A stretch of DNA of 64,000 bases, from the sequence record PV467749.1. The stretch is one strand, 5' to 3'. The notes under the pieces were generated by a model. That model made no database searches and was not told the origin of the DNA. It saw nothing but the letters and a program-made list of their open reading frames with translations. Both the position numbers and the translations under genes were made by a program. This document shows positions 42,357 to 52,660 of the stretch, piece by piece; the first letter of the stretch is position 1; every line of letters begins with the position of its first letter. This stretch comes from a phage.

Positions 42357-45300
42357 TTACCAGGTGAAGAATCCGTTATTAACGGCTGCTGTACTTTTCT
42401 CATGAATACCAATATCCATATCCAGAATACCAAAAATGTTTTCTAATTTTTTAGTTAGAACTATTTCTTCCATTTTCTCTGTATCAAATGGTAGTTCTAG
42501 GAACCATTCAGGTAGATATTCCACACAGTCAATTGGATAACCTACTGCTTTGATACCCATCGGGTTATCTTTTAAGTTACATACAATTACTTTTGTACCG
42601 TCAGTTACTTCAGGTACAGTTTTGTCATCATATACTTCACGTAGACGGTTCCATTGAATACCTGCTAATACATGACCAACTTTACATTTACCAGAAACTT
42701 CATATTCTGCTTCTAAGTTGGTATAGTTCTTAACAGTTTTCGGTGAACCCTTTTCGTGTACTGGCATGTCTTTAAATACCTCTTTAAAGTCACGTACACG
42801 CTGTTTAAGTTGAGCTTCAGACTCACCCACCAGCAATGCAATTAGAGTCTCTTCTAGGAAGTTCTGGATGTATTTTGGCGTATCTGAACGTTTAATTTCA
42901 AGACCCATCGCTTTAATTTCACCAGGTTTACCATCAACATCTTTACGGAAACCATCTTCCCAGTACTTGAGAATTGCATAACGCTTTTTCTTCAGGAATA
43001 GACCACGGGAACCGACCATCTCTAAGTCTGCACCAACAATCTTACCTTTCTCAATACCAGTATTGAACATTTCGTTCATGAATGAAGGGAATGATTCACC
43101 AACTTCATCACCGATTTTGATATACATGTCAACGATTTCTTCTTTAGAAAGATTATATGGAATACCTTGTTCTTTCAGGTAATGAGTTACACTGAAGTAA
43201 ACGGAGTCAGTATCACCGTAAATCACAGAGCCACCTTGATGATTATAAACACCAGTAGTGATTTCATTGATACGGCTTGCCATATGTTTAGTCATAGAAC
43301 GACCAGTTAAGGTAACGGACTGACCTAAACGCTTATCAAAGAAACGTGAACCTTTGTTCAATAGTGCACCATATAGACTGTTTAGAAGAATCTTACGAAT
43401 TTGCTGGTTCTGTTTCCAGAATGCACTTTGCTGTTTGAAGTAATTCTTATCTTCCGGTGCACAGAAAATACGACCATCTTTCAGTACTAAACCATTTTCC
43501 ACAATGAGTTTTGCAACTTCTTCCCATTGACCTTTACCAATAGCAATACGTAATAGATAAACAGGATCATTGTCATGTAAGTTTGTACGGAACATTGTAC
43601 CACTTGTGTAGTTAGATAGCAAAGGTTCAACCTTCTCAGAACCATTGAATTCCCACCCATCACTATACATGTGTTTGTAGTCGATTACCATTTTTTGTTG
43701 TGCTTTACGCTCAGAATACCATTGAGTAAGAATATCTGGAATTACACCATACTTAGACTTATCAAAAAGTGTTCCGTTAGCACTTAGTACAATAGTACTG
43801 TCTTCAGCAAAGATAATATCATACAATTCTTTACCAGTTGCATTGAACGAACTACCATCTTCTAAATCAACAATCAAAGTTTTGTCAGATTTTTCATGAA
43901 CCATTGTAAATTCTACAGCAGCAAATAAACCATGCCATGCAGCGGTCCAATCAGGTTCAAACGCTTTAGATTTGGATTTAGCTTTTTGCTCTTGTACTTT
44001 AGCAGCAAGATATGCATCAGTGTAGTCTTGACGAAGTTGTCCAAGAATACATTCAGTACTCATGCCAAGTGTACGTAGTACAGTTGGATACAATGAGTTA
44101 AAGTCTGTACATCCCAAATCGCTAACAAGGCCAAGAACTGGATCTTGAACCCATGCACCAGCAGCTTTTGCACTGATTTTCTCATCTTCTTCATCACCTT
44201 CTTCACCATAGTACTCCATCTCTGGATCTAACTCAAAATCATCCTTCGGTGCTTTGTTAAAAACAACTTCACCGCGTGAGTGAGCGAGGTTGATAATAGC
44301 AGTGTCGATTAGTGCAACAGAACCCATTGTGGTACTAATTAGTACACATTCTTTATGAGCAAGACGGTTATGCAGGTTGATAAAGTCACATTTAGCATCA
44401 ATTTTCTTTAGAAGAATACTATCCTGCTTAGAATAACGCAAGAATGTAATGTAATCTTCTCGGTATAATTTATCCAAAGAACCTTCATAGGATACTTTGT
44501 TTTCTTTAGTTACTTTTTCAGCAATATAATCTAGTTTGTACGACTGTTCAACTTGACCAGCATGTTTCTTATAAAGAGCAAGATAGTCTAAGTGTACACG
44601 ACCAATAAGATCATATGTTACTACAGTTTTACCAAAGTTATCAGCTTCACGAGCATTTGGTTTTTTATTCCACAAACACCAACGAGCAGTAGTTGCTTCG
44701 TTGAAGATTTTCTTGGTACGGTTTACCATATATGGAATATCAAAGAATTCACTGTTCCAACCTGAAATTACATCAGAGTCATCGATTAGACTAAAGAACT
44801 CCATAAACATTTCTTTCTCATCCGTATAAAGGATGACAGTACTGTTAGGGTCGTTAGTTTCTTCGTTTAACTGACGAACAATATCTTGTGCTTCGTACAT
44901 TTCCATATCTGTTGGTGGCAAAGTAAGTACATAATCCTTACCAGTCCATGATTGATATAGAGAAATTGCAGTTACACGGTTGAATGGATCTGATGGTGGA
45001 GCATAACCAAACTTCTTATGGAAGTCGGTTTCGATATCGAAAAATGCTACGTTCAAATCCGGCGAACCTTTACCCATGTATTCTCTAGCCAACGTTTTGA
45101 AGGTAATGTTGCAATCACTTTCAAAAATACGCAGACCTTCATTTTTATGTTGCTCAACGCTTTTATTCATCTGTGATTGAGTTTCAAACTCCAAATGCTT
45201 TGCGTTAGTTCCATAAATTGTTTTGTGTTCACCAGTAGGACATTCAACATAATATTCATATACTGGGTCCAACTGACGTAGAATACGTTTACCGTTTTTA

Positions 45301-45362
45301 CGTTCTGCTACGTGCAAAATATCACCAGTACGTTTACGTTCCATATAAGCATCGATATACAT
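42357..45362 (-). CDS. DNA polymerase, family B (gp43-like)
   Basis: 1001 aa; exonuclease motif FFDIETD, DFNSLYPT, polymerase motif YGDTDS. Confidence 0.9.
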   Translation of the reverse strand: MYIDAYMERKRTGDILHVAERKNGKRILRQLDPVYEYYVECPTGEHKTIYGTNAKHLEFETQSQMNKSVEQHKNEGLRIFESDCNITFKTLAREYMGKGSPDLNVAFFDIETDFHKKFGYAPPSDPFNRVTAISLYQSWTGKDYVLTLPPTDMEMYEAQDIVRQLNEETNDPNSTVILYTDEKEMFMEFFSLIDDSDVISGWNSEFFDIPYMVNRTKKIFNEATTARWCLWNKKPNAREADNFGKTVVTYDLIGRVHLDYLALYKKHAGQVEQSYKLDYIAEKVTKENKVSYEGSLDKLYREDYITFLRYSKQDSILLKKIDAKCDFINLHNRLAHKECVLISTTMGSVALIDTAIINLAHSRGEVVFNKAPKDDFELDPEMEYYGEEGDEEDEKISAKAAGAWVQDPVLGLVSDLGCTDFNSLYPTVLRTLGMSTECILGQLRQDYTDAYLAAKVQEQKAKSKSKAFEPDWTAAWHGLFAAVEFTMVHEKSDKTLIVDLEDGSSFNATGKELYDIIFAEDSTIVLSANGTLFDKSKYGVIPDILTQWYSERKAQQKMVIDYKHMYSDGWEFNGSEKVEPLLSNYTSGTMFRTNLHDNDPVYLLRIAIGKGQWEEVAKLIVENGLVLKDGRIFCAPEDKNYFKQQSAFWKQNQQIRKILLNSLYGALLNKGSRFFDKRLGQSVTLTGRSMTKHMASRINEITTGVYNHQGGSVIYGDTDSVYFSVTHYLKEQGIPYNLSKEEIVDMYIKIGDEVGESFPSFMNEMFNTGIEKGKIVGADLEMVGSRGLFLKKKRYAILKYWEDGFRKDVDGKPGEIKAMGLEIKRSDTPKYIQNFLEETLIALLVGESEAQLKQRVRDFKEVFKDMPVHEKGSPKTVKNYTNLEAEYEVSGKCKVGHVLAGIQWNRLREVYDDKTVPEVTDGTKVIVCNLKDNPMGIKAVGYPIDCVEYLPEWFLELPFDTEKMEEIVLTKKLENIFGILDMDIGIHEKSTAAVNNGFFTW

Positions 45363-45387
45363 CGTTTGTATTCCTTTACGTTTATTA

Positions 45388-45421
45388 AGTTAAAAATAAA
45401 GCCCCCATTCATTGGAGGCTA
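45388..45421 (-). terminator. intrinsic terminator upstream of the polymerase gene
   Basis: AGCCUCC/GGGGGCU stem (one G-U) followed by U-rich run on the minus strand. Confidence 0.4.
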
Positions 45422-45444
45422 TAAAGTTTAGTTTTTAGTACTTA

Positions 45445-45750
45445 TTAGTAATCGTCATCTGCTTGTGGCAAATTGTTAGTAACACTTAGGATAGTTTCGA
45501 TGTTATCGAGTTTGTTTTGTTTATCAAAGTAATCGCCTTTGTAGATACGTTGAGCGGCTTGTTTGATATCGGATGCATCAATACCTAGTTCATCAGAGAT
45601 GGAACTAATGAAATCTGCATAGGATGCTTTGGTATCGTCAATAAAAGTAAGTTGTACTACTGCGTTGTTTAGTGCATCACCTAGACGTTTACGTTGTTCA
45701 TCATTTAGGTCACGAATTTCAACTTTAACTTCTTTTTTAGCTTTTGCCAT
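45445..45750 (-). CDS. hypothetical protein
   Basis: 101-aa ORF with GGAG RBS. Confidence 0.45.
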   Translation of the reverse strand: MAKAKKEVKVEIRDLNDEQRKRLGDALNNAVVQLTFIDDTKASYADFISSISDELGIDASDIKQAAQRIYKGDYFDKQNKLDNIETILSVTNNLPQADDDY

Positions 45751-45773
45751 TTGTTTGCTTCTCCATGTGTTTT

Positions 45774-45809
45774 GAAAAAAATGTCATCTCACAACCGCTG
45801 TAAGATGAC
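45774..45809 (-). terminator. intrinsic terminator downstream of tail fiber gene
   Basis: GTCATCT/AGATGAC stem with 13-nt loop followed by U7 on the minus strand. Confidence 0.4.
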
Positions 45810-45849
45810 TACATTGTATCACTACTTTAAAAGTTGTCTCAATATTTTT

Positions 45850-47559
45850 TTAATAACCAATTGTTGTCCAGTACACGCCCAGTCCACGTGGATTATCATC
45901 ATTTGGGTTAGCTGCACCAACAGCAATCTGTGAGTTACTTAAAATATTACCATGTGATGCCCATGCAGCATCATTATCTGGACGACCTGATACTCTACCA
46001 GTTACTTGTAGATTTAAACAAGCATTTGGGTATGGTATAGGTAATGTTACAGTTACATACGAGTCATCCCCTACTGCCAAGTATCCCCACTGGGTTATCA
46101 TACCAGTATTGTTATCTTTATACCAGCCATTTTGTGTCAACGACGCAGAAGTTGTTGTGGTAGATATAGTTACATTACCACTTGCATCTGCCGCAGTACC
46201 GTTAACTGAACGTACAATGTTTTTACCAGATACTGTTGCAGAGTTAGAACTAACAACCAACGATGGAGAAGTTAGTACACCAGATGAGTTAATTGTAACT
46301 TCCGAACCACCATTACTTCTCAAACGTAATGTATTGTTAGATGAACTATGATAAATTGCTGCACGTTCACCATCAGTAGCGTTACGGAAGTAAAGTACTA
46401 ATGAAGTGTCATTTGAACGTATAGAAGCACTGTTAGCAATAGTCAATGAACCAGTCATTACATCACCAGTTTTAAGTACATAACGGGTGTTTGCAACTTT
46501 TTCACTCAAAGCAACGTTGGACTCAGCAATGTTATATAAGTATGCCACATTGAAGTGTGGTACGTCAATATTACTAATTCCGTGGCTGTGTGCTTGACCA
46601 CTACCAACGGTATTGGTTGAACCACTGAAACTATGCACGTGATCAGGTGCTTCGTTAATGTTATTAATTACAGTTGGGATTCCGTTGTCGTTACTGGATG
46701 TTAACGCATTAAGACCACTTCTGTCCATACCTTTTAGTGCCTGACTATGACCATGACGACCAGCAGCACCAGTAGTTCCACTGAAACTAAATGAGTGCGG
46801 TGGAAGTTGAGCAATTGATATCGCAGTACCACTAATTGATGCACTACTTGCAATCACACTATCAGTTTTAGTTACGCCTGATGTGGTAATGCCTTTCAAG
46901 TATGCTTCTTGGTTAAGATTCGGAACTTGTTTTGTGATTGTACCATTTTCACCAACCCATTGCCACCACATTCCATCAGCAAAACACCAACCATCAGAAG
47001 TTTTCCACGGAGAACCTTGTGAACCATTACGACCACTTTGACCATTGGTTACACCAGACATCTGTTCACGAATACTAGCAACAGTTTGTCCAGAAGTCAA
47101 TGAGTACTGGGTAATTGCACCAGGCTTCATTGAAGTATAAAGACCTGTTGGGCCAGTACCGCTACTTGATGGAGTAGGGAATACGATATTTAAATTCGTA
47201 CCACTAATGCTCGCACTTGGAACAGCACTACTACTATATGTTACAGTTTCAACTTTTAAATTCAGTTTACGGTTCACTTCATCGAGTGAAATACGGATTG
47301 GTTCAAGAATTGTATCAGTATCGTATACTGCAATCCAACTTGTCCCGTTGTGGTATTTTAACACCAACTCATTTCTATCAAATACCATCGCACCTTGCTC
47401 ACCTGCTGGCAATGCCTGTACTGGTAAAATGACAGAAGATGAATTAAAACGAATAGGTCTTGGATTAGTTGGTGTACCACCAAGCACTATTAGTTCTAAA
47501 GATCCATTAGCACCAGTACTAGTCATAGTATCCAGTGGGTTATTAAAACTTATGCTCAT
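45850..47559 (-). CDS. tail fiber protein
   Basis: 569 aa; S/T/G/N-rich beta-type composition; late-type AATAAATA motif upstream (47591-47599). Confidence 0.55.
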   Translation of the reverse strand: MSISFNNPLDTMTSTGANGSLELIVLGGTPTNPRPIRFNSSSVILPVQALPAGEQGAMVFDRNELVLKYHNGTSWIAVYDTDTILEPIRISLDEVNRKLNLKVETVTYSSSAVPSASISGTNLNIVFPTPSSSGTGPTGLYTSMKPGAITQYSLTSGQTVASIREQMSGVTNGQSGRNGSQGSPWKTSDGWCFADGMWWQWVGENGTITKQVPNLNQEAYLKGITTSGVTKTDSVIASSASISGTAISIAQLPPHSFSFSGTTGAAGRHGHSQALKGMDRSGLNALTSSNDNGIPTVINNINEAPDHVHSFSGSTNTVGSGQAHSHGISNIDVPHFNVAYLYNIAESNVALSEKVANTRYVLKTGDVMTGSLTIANSASIRSNDTSLVLYFRNATDGERAAIYHSSSNNTLRLRSNGGSEVTINSSGVLTSPSLVVSSNSATVSGKNIVRSVNGTAADASGNVTISTTTTSASLTQNGWYKDNNTGMITQWGYLAVGDDSYVTVTLPIPYPNACLNLQVTGRVSGRPDNDAAWASHGNILSNSQIAVGAANPNDDNPRGLGVYWTTIGY

Positions 47560-47600
47560 GTATAAATCCCTTTAATGATTAATATATACTATATTTATTA

Positions 47601-47924
47601 CTATAGCAAGTCGTTTTCCATATCGTCAAGAACAGAATCAACGATGTTCGCTGCTATCTTCTTAGGCATCTTGAACCACTCGGTGTTAGGTTGCCTTACT
47701 GCGTTCATTTGTTTTAGTCTTTTGTGAATTTCTTTCTCTGCTAAACGTGCATCTTCAAAGTGTACTTCATGGTATACCACAAAATCTCTAAAAGGTGTAG
47801 CAGTTTGATATGTCCTTAAACGTTCTGTCATTTCAGATTTACTGGTAAATCCTATCTTAACATAATCAGGCCACGCATCATTTACTATAACATAACATAT
47901 CTGTGACATAGAAAATATCTCCAT
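47601..47924 (-). CDS. T5orf172 (GIY-YIG-related) domain protein
   Basis: 107 aa; CYVIVND...YVKIGFT...EWF pattern. Confidence 0.5.
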   Translation of the reverse strand: MEIFSMSQICYVIVNDAWPDYVKIGFTSKSEMTERLRTYQTATPFRDFVVYHEVHFEDARLAEKEIHKRLKQMNAVRQPNTEWFKMPKKIAANIVDSVLDDMENDLL

Positions 47925-47948
47925 CAGTAATATGAAGATATTTATTAA

Positions 47949-48308
47949 TCAAGTAATTCGGAAATTTACCCCAGCATCAATTAGGCGTTGGAATGGGTTT
48001 TGTGGCTCGAATTCAGAAGGAGTTTTTGAAATGTTCAGTACTGGAGCATCAGCATGTAACTTTGACATACGTTCTTTGTACTTATCTAAGTATTCTTCAT
48101 ATAACATATCTTCAGTGTTACTATCAAGTATGTCTTCAATAAATGAATCAATACTATAGTCCAGTCTATCATCATTATAATACAAAGTTTCACTAGCTTC
48201 ATCATAACCAACTAAAGTCCCGTATGGAACGTTAATCTCAATTTTTGAGTACTGACTCTTTAAGTACTCTTCTTTCTTAAAAATGTATACAGTTAACATC
48301 CGTGTCAA
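47949..48308 (-). CDS. hypothetical protein
   Basis: 119-aa ORF inside the endonuclease-like island. Confidence 0.4.
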   Translation of the reverse strand: MTRMLTVYIFKKEEYLKSQYSKIEINVPYGTLVGYDEASETLYYNDDRLDYSIDSFIEDILDSNTEDMLYEEYLDKYKERMSKLHADAPVLNISKTPSEFEPQNPFQRLIDAGVNFRIT

Positions 48309-48322
48309 CTCCTTATGGTTGT

Positions 48323-49420
48323 TTACTTAAAAGTATTTACAATTTCTAAAACACTTTCAAGATACTTAGCATCAAAAGTTTCAGTAAATCCTGATGGCAA
48401 CTCTTCAGTACTTACCACACCACTTTCAATGTATTTCTTTATGAACTTTTCCAACAGTAATGGTTGATTGCCATCTTCAAAGTAGCGTTCTATAAGTACT
48501 TCATGCTCGAACTCAGAATTGCGGCTTTGTTCGTTAACACGGCGTTTCATATCACCAGTGATCCCATATTTGTACACCGTCTTGTTATTGTTAGTTAGTT
48601 TTTGTACATAGAAATATCCAGGTTTTGATGGTTGATATCCATATTCACCACATGATGGACATCCTTTACCAGCCATATGTGCTTTTGGTTGTTGGGAGAA
48701 GACACCATGAGTCGGACATACAATATCAATATAATTCTCGCTTAAAGTATATTCAACCAAGCTATAATCATACTTATGGTTATGGATAGGCGACACAAGT
48801 TCAATGAAACGTTCAGTGCTTCTTCCACCTTTACCAGAACATGTACCGCAGCCAGTTTTACCCTTCAATAAAGTTTGGGCTGAAACAGTCCATTCGTGTT
48901 TACCGCGTGTGCAATATACGGTAACTTCCGTTTTATTGTTAACATATTTGGTATTTGGAAATTCAAACGCACCACCATAGTTTTCTTTTACTTTTGCGAT
49001 GAATGATTCAGTACTGTATGCTTCATTTTTATTACAGACAGGACATCCCCTACCAGAAAGAAATTTGTTTGGTGTAATTTCAAAGTAATCGTTATGGTCT
49101 TCATCAGTGCAAAATAGTGTTACTTTTGTTATAGCGTTAGTGTAATTTAGTTTATCAAATTTGAATTTATCTTTACCAAATTTAGTTTCTACAGTACTGA
49201 TGAATGTGTCGTTGTTTGAACGCTGTGACATGTTTGAATAACATGATGCACATGTACATGCAATGTGACGAAGTGCAGACTTGGTGTTTTCTTTCCCACA
49301 CTTGTTACATTTTACTGTTGTTTTACTTGCCTTGAATACTAAAGTACTGAAGTCAAATTCTCCATACTTAGCAGTCATTTGGTTAATAAACTCTTCTTTG
49401 TTGATACTTACGTTTGGCAT
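48323..49420 (-). CDS. zinc-ribbon repeat + T5orf172-like domain protein (free-standing endonuclease-like)
   Basis: 365 aa; three repeats of a KYDYS..VEY...C..HG.F.Q.P..H..G.GCP.C module, then KPGYFYV...KYGIT C-terminal domain; paralog of 60324..61028. Confidence 0.55.
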   Translation of the reverse strand: MPNVSINKEEFINQMTAKYGEFDFSTLVFKASKTTVKCNKCGKENTKSALRHIACTCASCYSNMSQRSNNDTFISTVETKFGKDKFKFDKLNYTNAITKVTLFCTDEDHNDYFEITPNKFLSGRGCPVCNKNEAYSTESFIAKVKENYGGAFEFPNTKYVNNKTEVTVYCTRGKHEWTVSAQTLLKGKTGCGTCSGKGGRSTERFIELVSPIHNHKYDYSLVEYTLSENYIDIVCPTHGVFSQQPKAHMAGKGCPSCGEYGYQPSKPGYFYVQKLTNNNKTVYKYGITGDMKRRVNEQSRNSEFEHEVLIERYFEDGNQPLLLEKFIKKYIESGVVSTEELPSGFTETFDAKYLESVLEIVNTFK

Positions 49421-49489
49421 ATTTTTGTCTCTTTGATAGCGTGTATGTGCGTATTATACATAACCAAAAACATCATGTCAATGTTTTTA

Positions 49490-49516
49490 ATAAAAAAAGG
49501 GACTCCGAAGAGTCCC
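49490..49516 (-). terminator. intrinsic terminator downstream of major capsid gene
   Basis: GGGACUC-uucg-GAGUCCC hairpin followed by U7. Confidence 0.6.
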
Positions 49517-49560
49517 TATTGTTTTTAATTTCTTGATTAAATCTTTTAAATCGATTATAA

Positions 49561-50736
49561 TTACATGAAAGTAACGTTTTTGATAGCGATTTTGCTGTAG
49601 TAGTCAGCAGCGTTACCTAGTGAACTGGTGCTATCGGTCAACTGTACATAGCCATATCTGGTTAGAAAAGTTGTAACGAGTTCCCCAGTGTTAGGGTCCA
49701 TTACAGTACCGGAAGCCATTAGTGGGATGTATGGGCAATAGAACACACCAGCATCAGTTTCAGCGTTACCTTTGTAACCAATTAGGATATCTTCAACATC
49801 ACTTGCATAGGTATCAACGAAGATACGCATGGTGCTGTTTAGAGTACCAACAAATTTAACGTTAGTTGGAGCTTCGAAAGTACCTTCAGTAGTACGTGCA
49901 AAACTAGAAGTAGTTGCAGACTGTAGAATGGTTAGAGCGGTTGGAGAAACAACAGCCCAGTTCGCAGCACCACGTTTGGTACGACGAGCAACTTCGTTCG
50001 CTTGACGGTTGATTAGGGTAGCTAGAGCAGCGTGCTCGTCACCAACGAAGGTCGCAACACCAGTAACTTTAGATTGGTCATAAGTTACAGCAGCAGCACC
50101 AGGTAGTGCACGTAGACGGCTTAGTAGCTCTTGGTCGATTTCAACGGTAACTTCTTGAGCGATTGCAGCCATTAGTTCAGCTTCAACGTCAATACCATGT
50201 TGGGATTGTGCATCTTGTGCAGATTCAACAGTCCAACGTGCAGATAGACGACGAGATTTCGCTTCAACAGTTTCACGTAGAATACGGATGTTAACGCGAC
50301 GACCCATAGTACCTTCTAGTTGGCTAGTAGGAGCAGCTTGTGGGTTGCTGTTGTCTGCGTTTAGGTCACCAGTATAAGACTTAGCGATTTTGTATGGAGA
50401 AAGCATTTCTTCACCAGCGATAACACCAGGAGCGTTGTCAGCATATTGAACACGTAGGGTGTGGATCTGACCAACTGGGCCAGTCATTGGCTGAACACCG
50501 ATGATTTCGTTAGCGATTACGGTTGGCATAACACGACGCATAATTGGTAGAATCACTTTGTTTAGAGTAGCGATGTTACCAGCGGTGGTTGCACCAGAAG
50601 TAGCAGATTCGTTTAGCATTAGTTTACGATGGTTATCAAGTACGGTTTCCATTACGGACTTACGAGTACCTTGTAGACCTTCAACTAGTTTCTCTTTAAC
50701 TGCTACCCATTTGGATTCATTTAGTAGTTGTGACAT
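49561..50736 (-). CDS. major capsid protein (gp23-like)
   Basis: 391 aa; LPIMRRVMPTVIANEIIGVQPMTGPVGQIHTLRVQY matches the conserved gp23 segment; AAGGAG RBS; CTA-biased codons. Confidence 0.85.
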   Translation of the reverse strand: MSQLLNESKWVAVKEKLVEGLQGTRKSVMETVLDNHRKLMLNESATSGATTAGNIATLNKVILPIMRRVMPTVIANEIIGVQPMTGPVGQIHTLRVQYADNAPGVIAGEEMLSPYKIAKSYTGDLNADNSNPQAAPTSQLEGTMGRRVNIRILRETVEAKSRRLSARWTVESAQDAQSQHGIDVEAELMAAIAQEVTVEIDQELLSRLRALPGAAAVTYDQSKVTGVATFVGDEHAALATLINRQANEVARRTKRGAANWAVVSPTALTILQSATTSSFARTTEGTFEAPTNVKFVGTLNSTMRIFVDTYASDVEDILIGYKGNAETDAGVFYCPYIPLMASGTVMDPNTGELVTTFLTRYGYVQLTDSTSSLGNAADYYSKIAIKNVTFM

Positions 50737-50770
50737 TATTATCTCCTTAAAGATGTTATATTCGTTTTTC

Positions 50771-50826
50771 AGTATGATATTATTTATAGAACTGAAAAAT
50801 TTGATTATTAAAATGCTTTAAAATGT
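50771..50826 (-). promoter_or_regulatory. late promoter (TATAAATA) with conserved upstream module, copy A
   Basis: Minus-strand TATAAATAATATCATAC (plus 50772-50788) ~45 nt upstream of the capsid ATG; ~55 nt similar to 53510-53568. Confidence 0.5.
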
Positions 50827-51942
50827 TTATTTTTTATTGATACCAGAAAGAACATCGAGTTCTTTTAGGAATGCCATATCGTCAGCGGTCATTTCTTCGC
50901 TTTCAACAATAGCCTGACGGTTGCCAGTGATTACTTTACCTTCTGCAAGAGTTCTCTTAGCGGAAGACTGAACTGCTTGACGAGTGGTAGCAGATTCATT
51001 TACTTTAGTACCGTTAAGTACTGACTTATGGTACTTGCTGAAATCGTCTTTAAGCTTTTCTGTAGGAGAAGTAGCTAGAAGGGATTCCATAATTTGTTTC
51101 TGTTGTGTAGTTAGTGGCTTAACTAGTTCAGACATAATCGCATTACGAGCTTGTGAATCTTCCATAATACGTAGTTTGGTTTTAGCAGCTTTAACTTCAC
51201 TTACAGTTTCATTTAGTTCTTGTTTAACTTGTGCAATTTCGTCTTCTTTAGACTTAATTGATTCAGTTAGGGAACGTAGTAGTGAATTCTCATTAAATTG
51301 TTTGACATTAAACTCTTGAGCAAACGCTTCAAAGATTTTACGACCAAACATATTTTGTTTTGCTTCAACAAGATCTTCTTTCAAAGCGTATAGGTTTTTC
51401 TGAGTAGTTTCTGCAATATATTTAGCAGCACTTTCAGATGTACGTTTGATGAAGTTGTTACGTGCTTCAGCAATTTGACGGGAGCCTTCAGCTAGTAGTT
51501 TAACGCGAGTTTCAACTAGTTGACGTTTCTCGATGTGGAATTCTTTTAGCTCTTCTGCTAGGATACCGTTAGAGAAATTAACGAATTTACCCATGCATTC
51601 TTGAAGATGCTTACGTTCTTTACGCATTTGTTTAACTTCTTCAGCCAAAACAGAGTTAGAAAACGCAGAGAAATTACTTAGGGTTTTACGGAGAGTTACA
51701 CGATCTTCTACAAGACGTTTTTTCTCTTCATATACTGCACCCATTTCTTCAGCGATAACTTGAGTAACCATAGTATTTAGACCTTCGGTTAGCTCAGACA
51801 AATCTTGTTTGTAGCGGCCTTTCATTTCTTCACGCATTTCTGCGGCAAGTGTGTTTTTTTCTTCATTCCATGCTTCCTGAATTAGCTGTTTTGCCTCATC
51901 AGAAAGAGATGATTCTTTTAGAAGCTTTTCTAATTTAGACAT
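50827..51942 (-). CDS. scaffold protein (gp22-like, coiled-coil)
   Basis: 371 aa, K/E-rich heptad-like sequence, between prohead protease and capsid genes. Confidence 0.5.
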   Translation of the reverse strand: MSKLEKLLKESSLSDEAKQLIQEAWNEEKNTLAAEMREEMKGRYKQDLSELTEGLNTMVTQVIAEEMGAVYEEKKRLVEDRVTLRKTLSNFSAFSNSVLAEEVKQMRKERKHLQECMGKFVNFSNGILAEELKEFHIEKRQLVETRVKLLAEGSRQIAEARNNFIKRTSESAAKYIAETTQKNLYALKEDLVEAKQNMFGRKIFEAFAQEFNVKQFNENSLLRSLTESIKSKEDEIAQVKQELNETVSEVKAAKTKLRIMEDSQARNAIMSELVKPLTTQQKQIMESLLATSPTEKLKDDFSKYHKSVLNGTKVNESATTRQAVQSSAKRTLAEGKVITGNRQAIVESEEMTADDMAFLKELDVLSGINKK

Positions 51943-51989
51943 TCGTTCTCTCCTTTAAGTACTGAAATATCTGTACTTCAACATACAAA

Positions 51990-51997
51990 TATTTATA
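51990..51997 (-). promoter_or_regulatory. late promoter TATAAATA upstream of scaffold gene
   Basis: Exact TATAAATA on the minus strand 48 nt upstream of ATG 51942. Confidence 0.4.
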
Positions 51998-52008
51998 TTT
52001 TTAAAATG

Positions 52009-52629
52009 TTAACCTTTTAATTTCTTGAAAAAATCGTAAATTTCAGAATCTACATTATTTACTGTTTTAGATTCTGTGATTTTTTTAGGACTATTACAAG
52101 GTGATCCGTACTTACTCATCAGAGATTCAAAAACCGCAGTAGGGTATGCCTCTGGAGCACTAGGTTGAGCAACAATATCAATTGTGATAATTTCAAAATC
52201 AGAAACTATTCCATTGTAATCCACGTTACCGGAACCACGAGAACTTACACCAAGTTTCACACCAGCTTCTAGCATTTTACGAATATTAGTACCATGAGCA
52301 GTATCAAGTAGTTTGATTTCTGCCATGCCGTTAGCACCTTCCATCCAGACCTTAGTAATCATTGCTGCTACACGGTCAAGGTTAATTGTTAGTGTTTCAG
52401 GGTGGTCACATTCAACTAGAATACTTTCACCTTTAGCCAAACGTTGAGCCATATTATTAACAGCTTTAGTAATTTCGGCTAAAGGGTAAATTCTCTCATT
52501 TAAATTTCTTTGATCGGCTTGAATAGCAATACCACGAAGATAGCAATCACGCCCACCAAGTCCATTATCACGATGTTCCAAAACAACTTTAGAATCATTG
52601 AATGAAGACCATTCACGAATCATACTCAT
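52009..52629 (-). CDS. prohead protease (gp21-like)
   Basis: 206 aa; position between core and scaffold genes; His and Ser candidates (ECDHPE, GVSSRGSG). Confidence 0.55.
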   Translation of the reverse strand: MSMIREWSSFNDSKVVLEHRDNGLGGRDCYLRGIAIQADQRNLNERIYPLAEITKAVNNMAQRLAKGESILVECDHPETLTINLDRVAAMITKVWMEGANGMAEIKLLDTAHGTNIRKMLEAGVKLGVSSRGSGNVDYNGIVSDFEIITIDIVAQPSAPEAYPTAVFESLMSKYGSPCNSPKKITESKTVNNVDSEIYDFFKKLKG

Positions 52630-52660
52630 AATGATCTCCTTTCCTTTTCTTTATTTAGTG

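Noticed and set aside
42357-45362. Intein or intron inside the DNA polymerase gene
   Set aside because: The ORF is continuous with motifs in normal order and spacing; no insertion-like segment seen.
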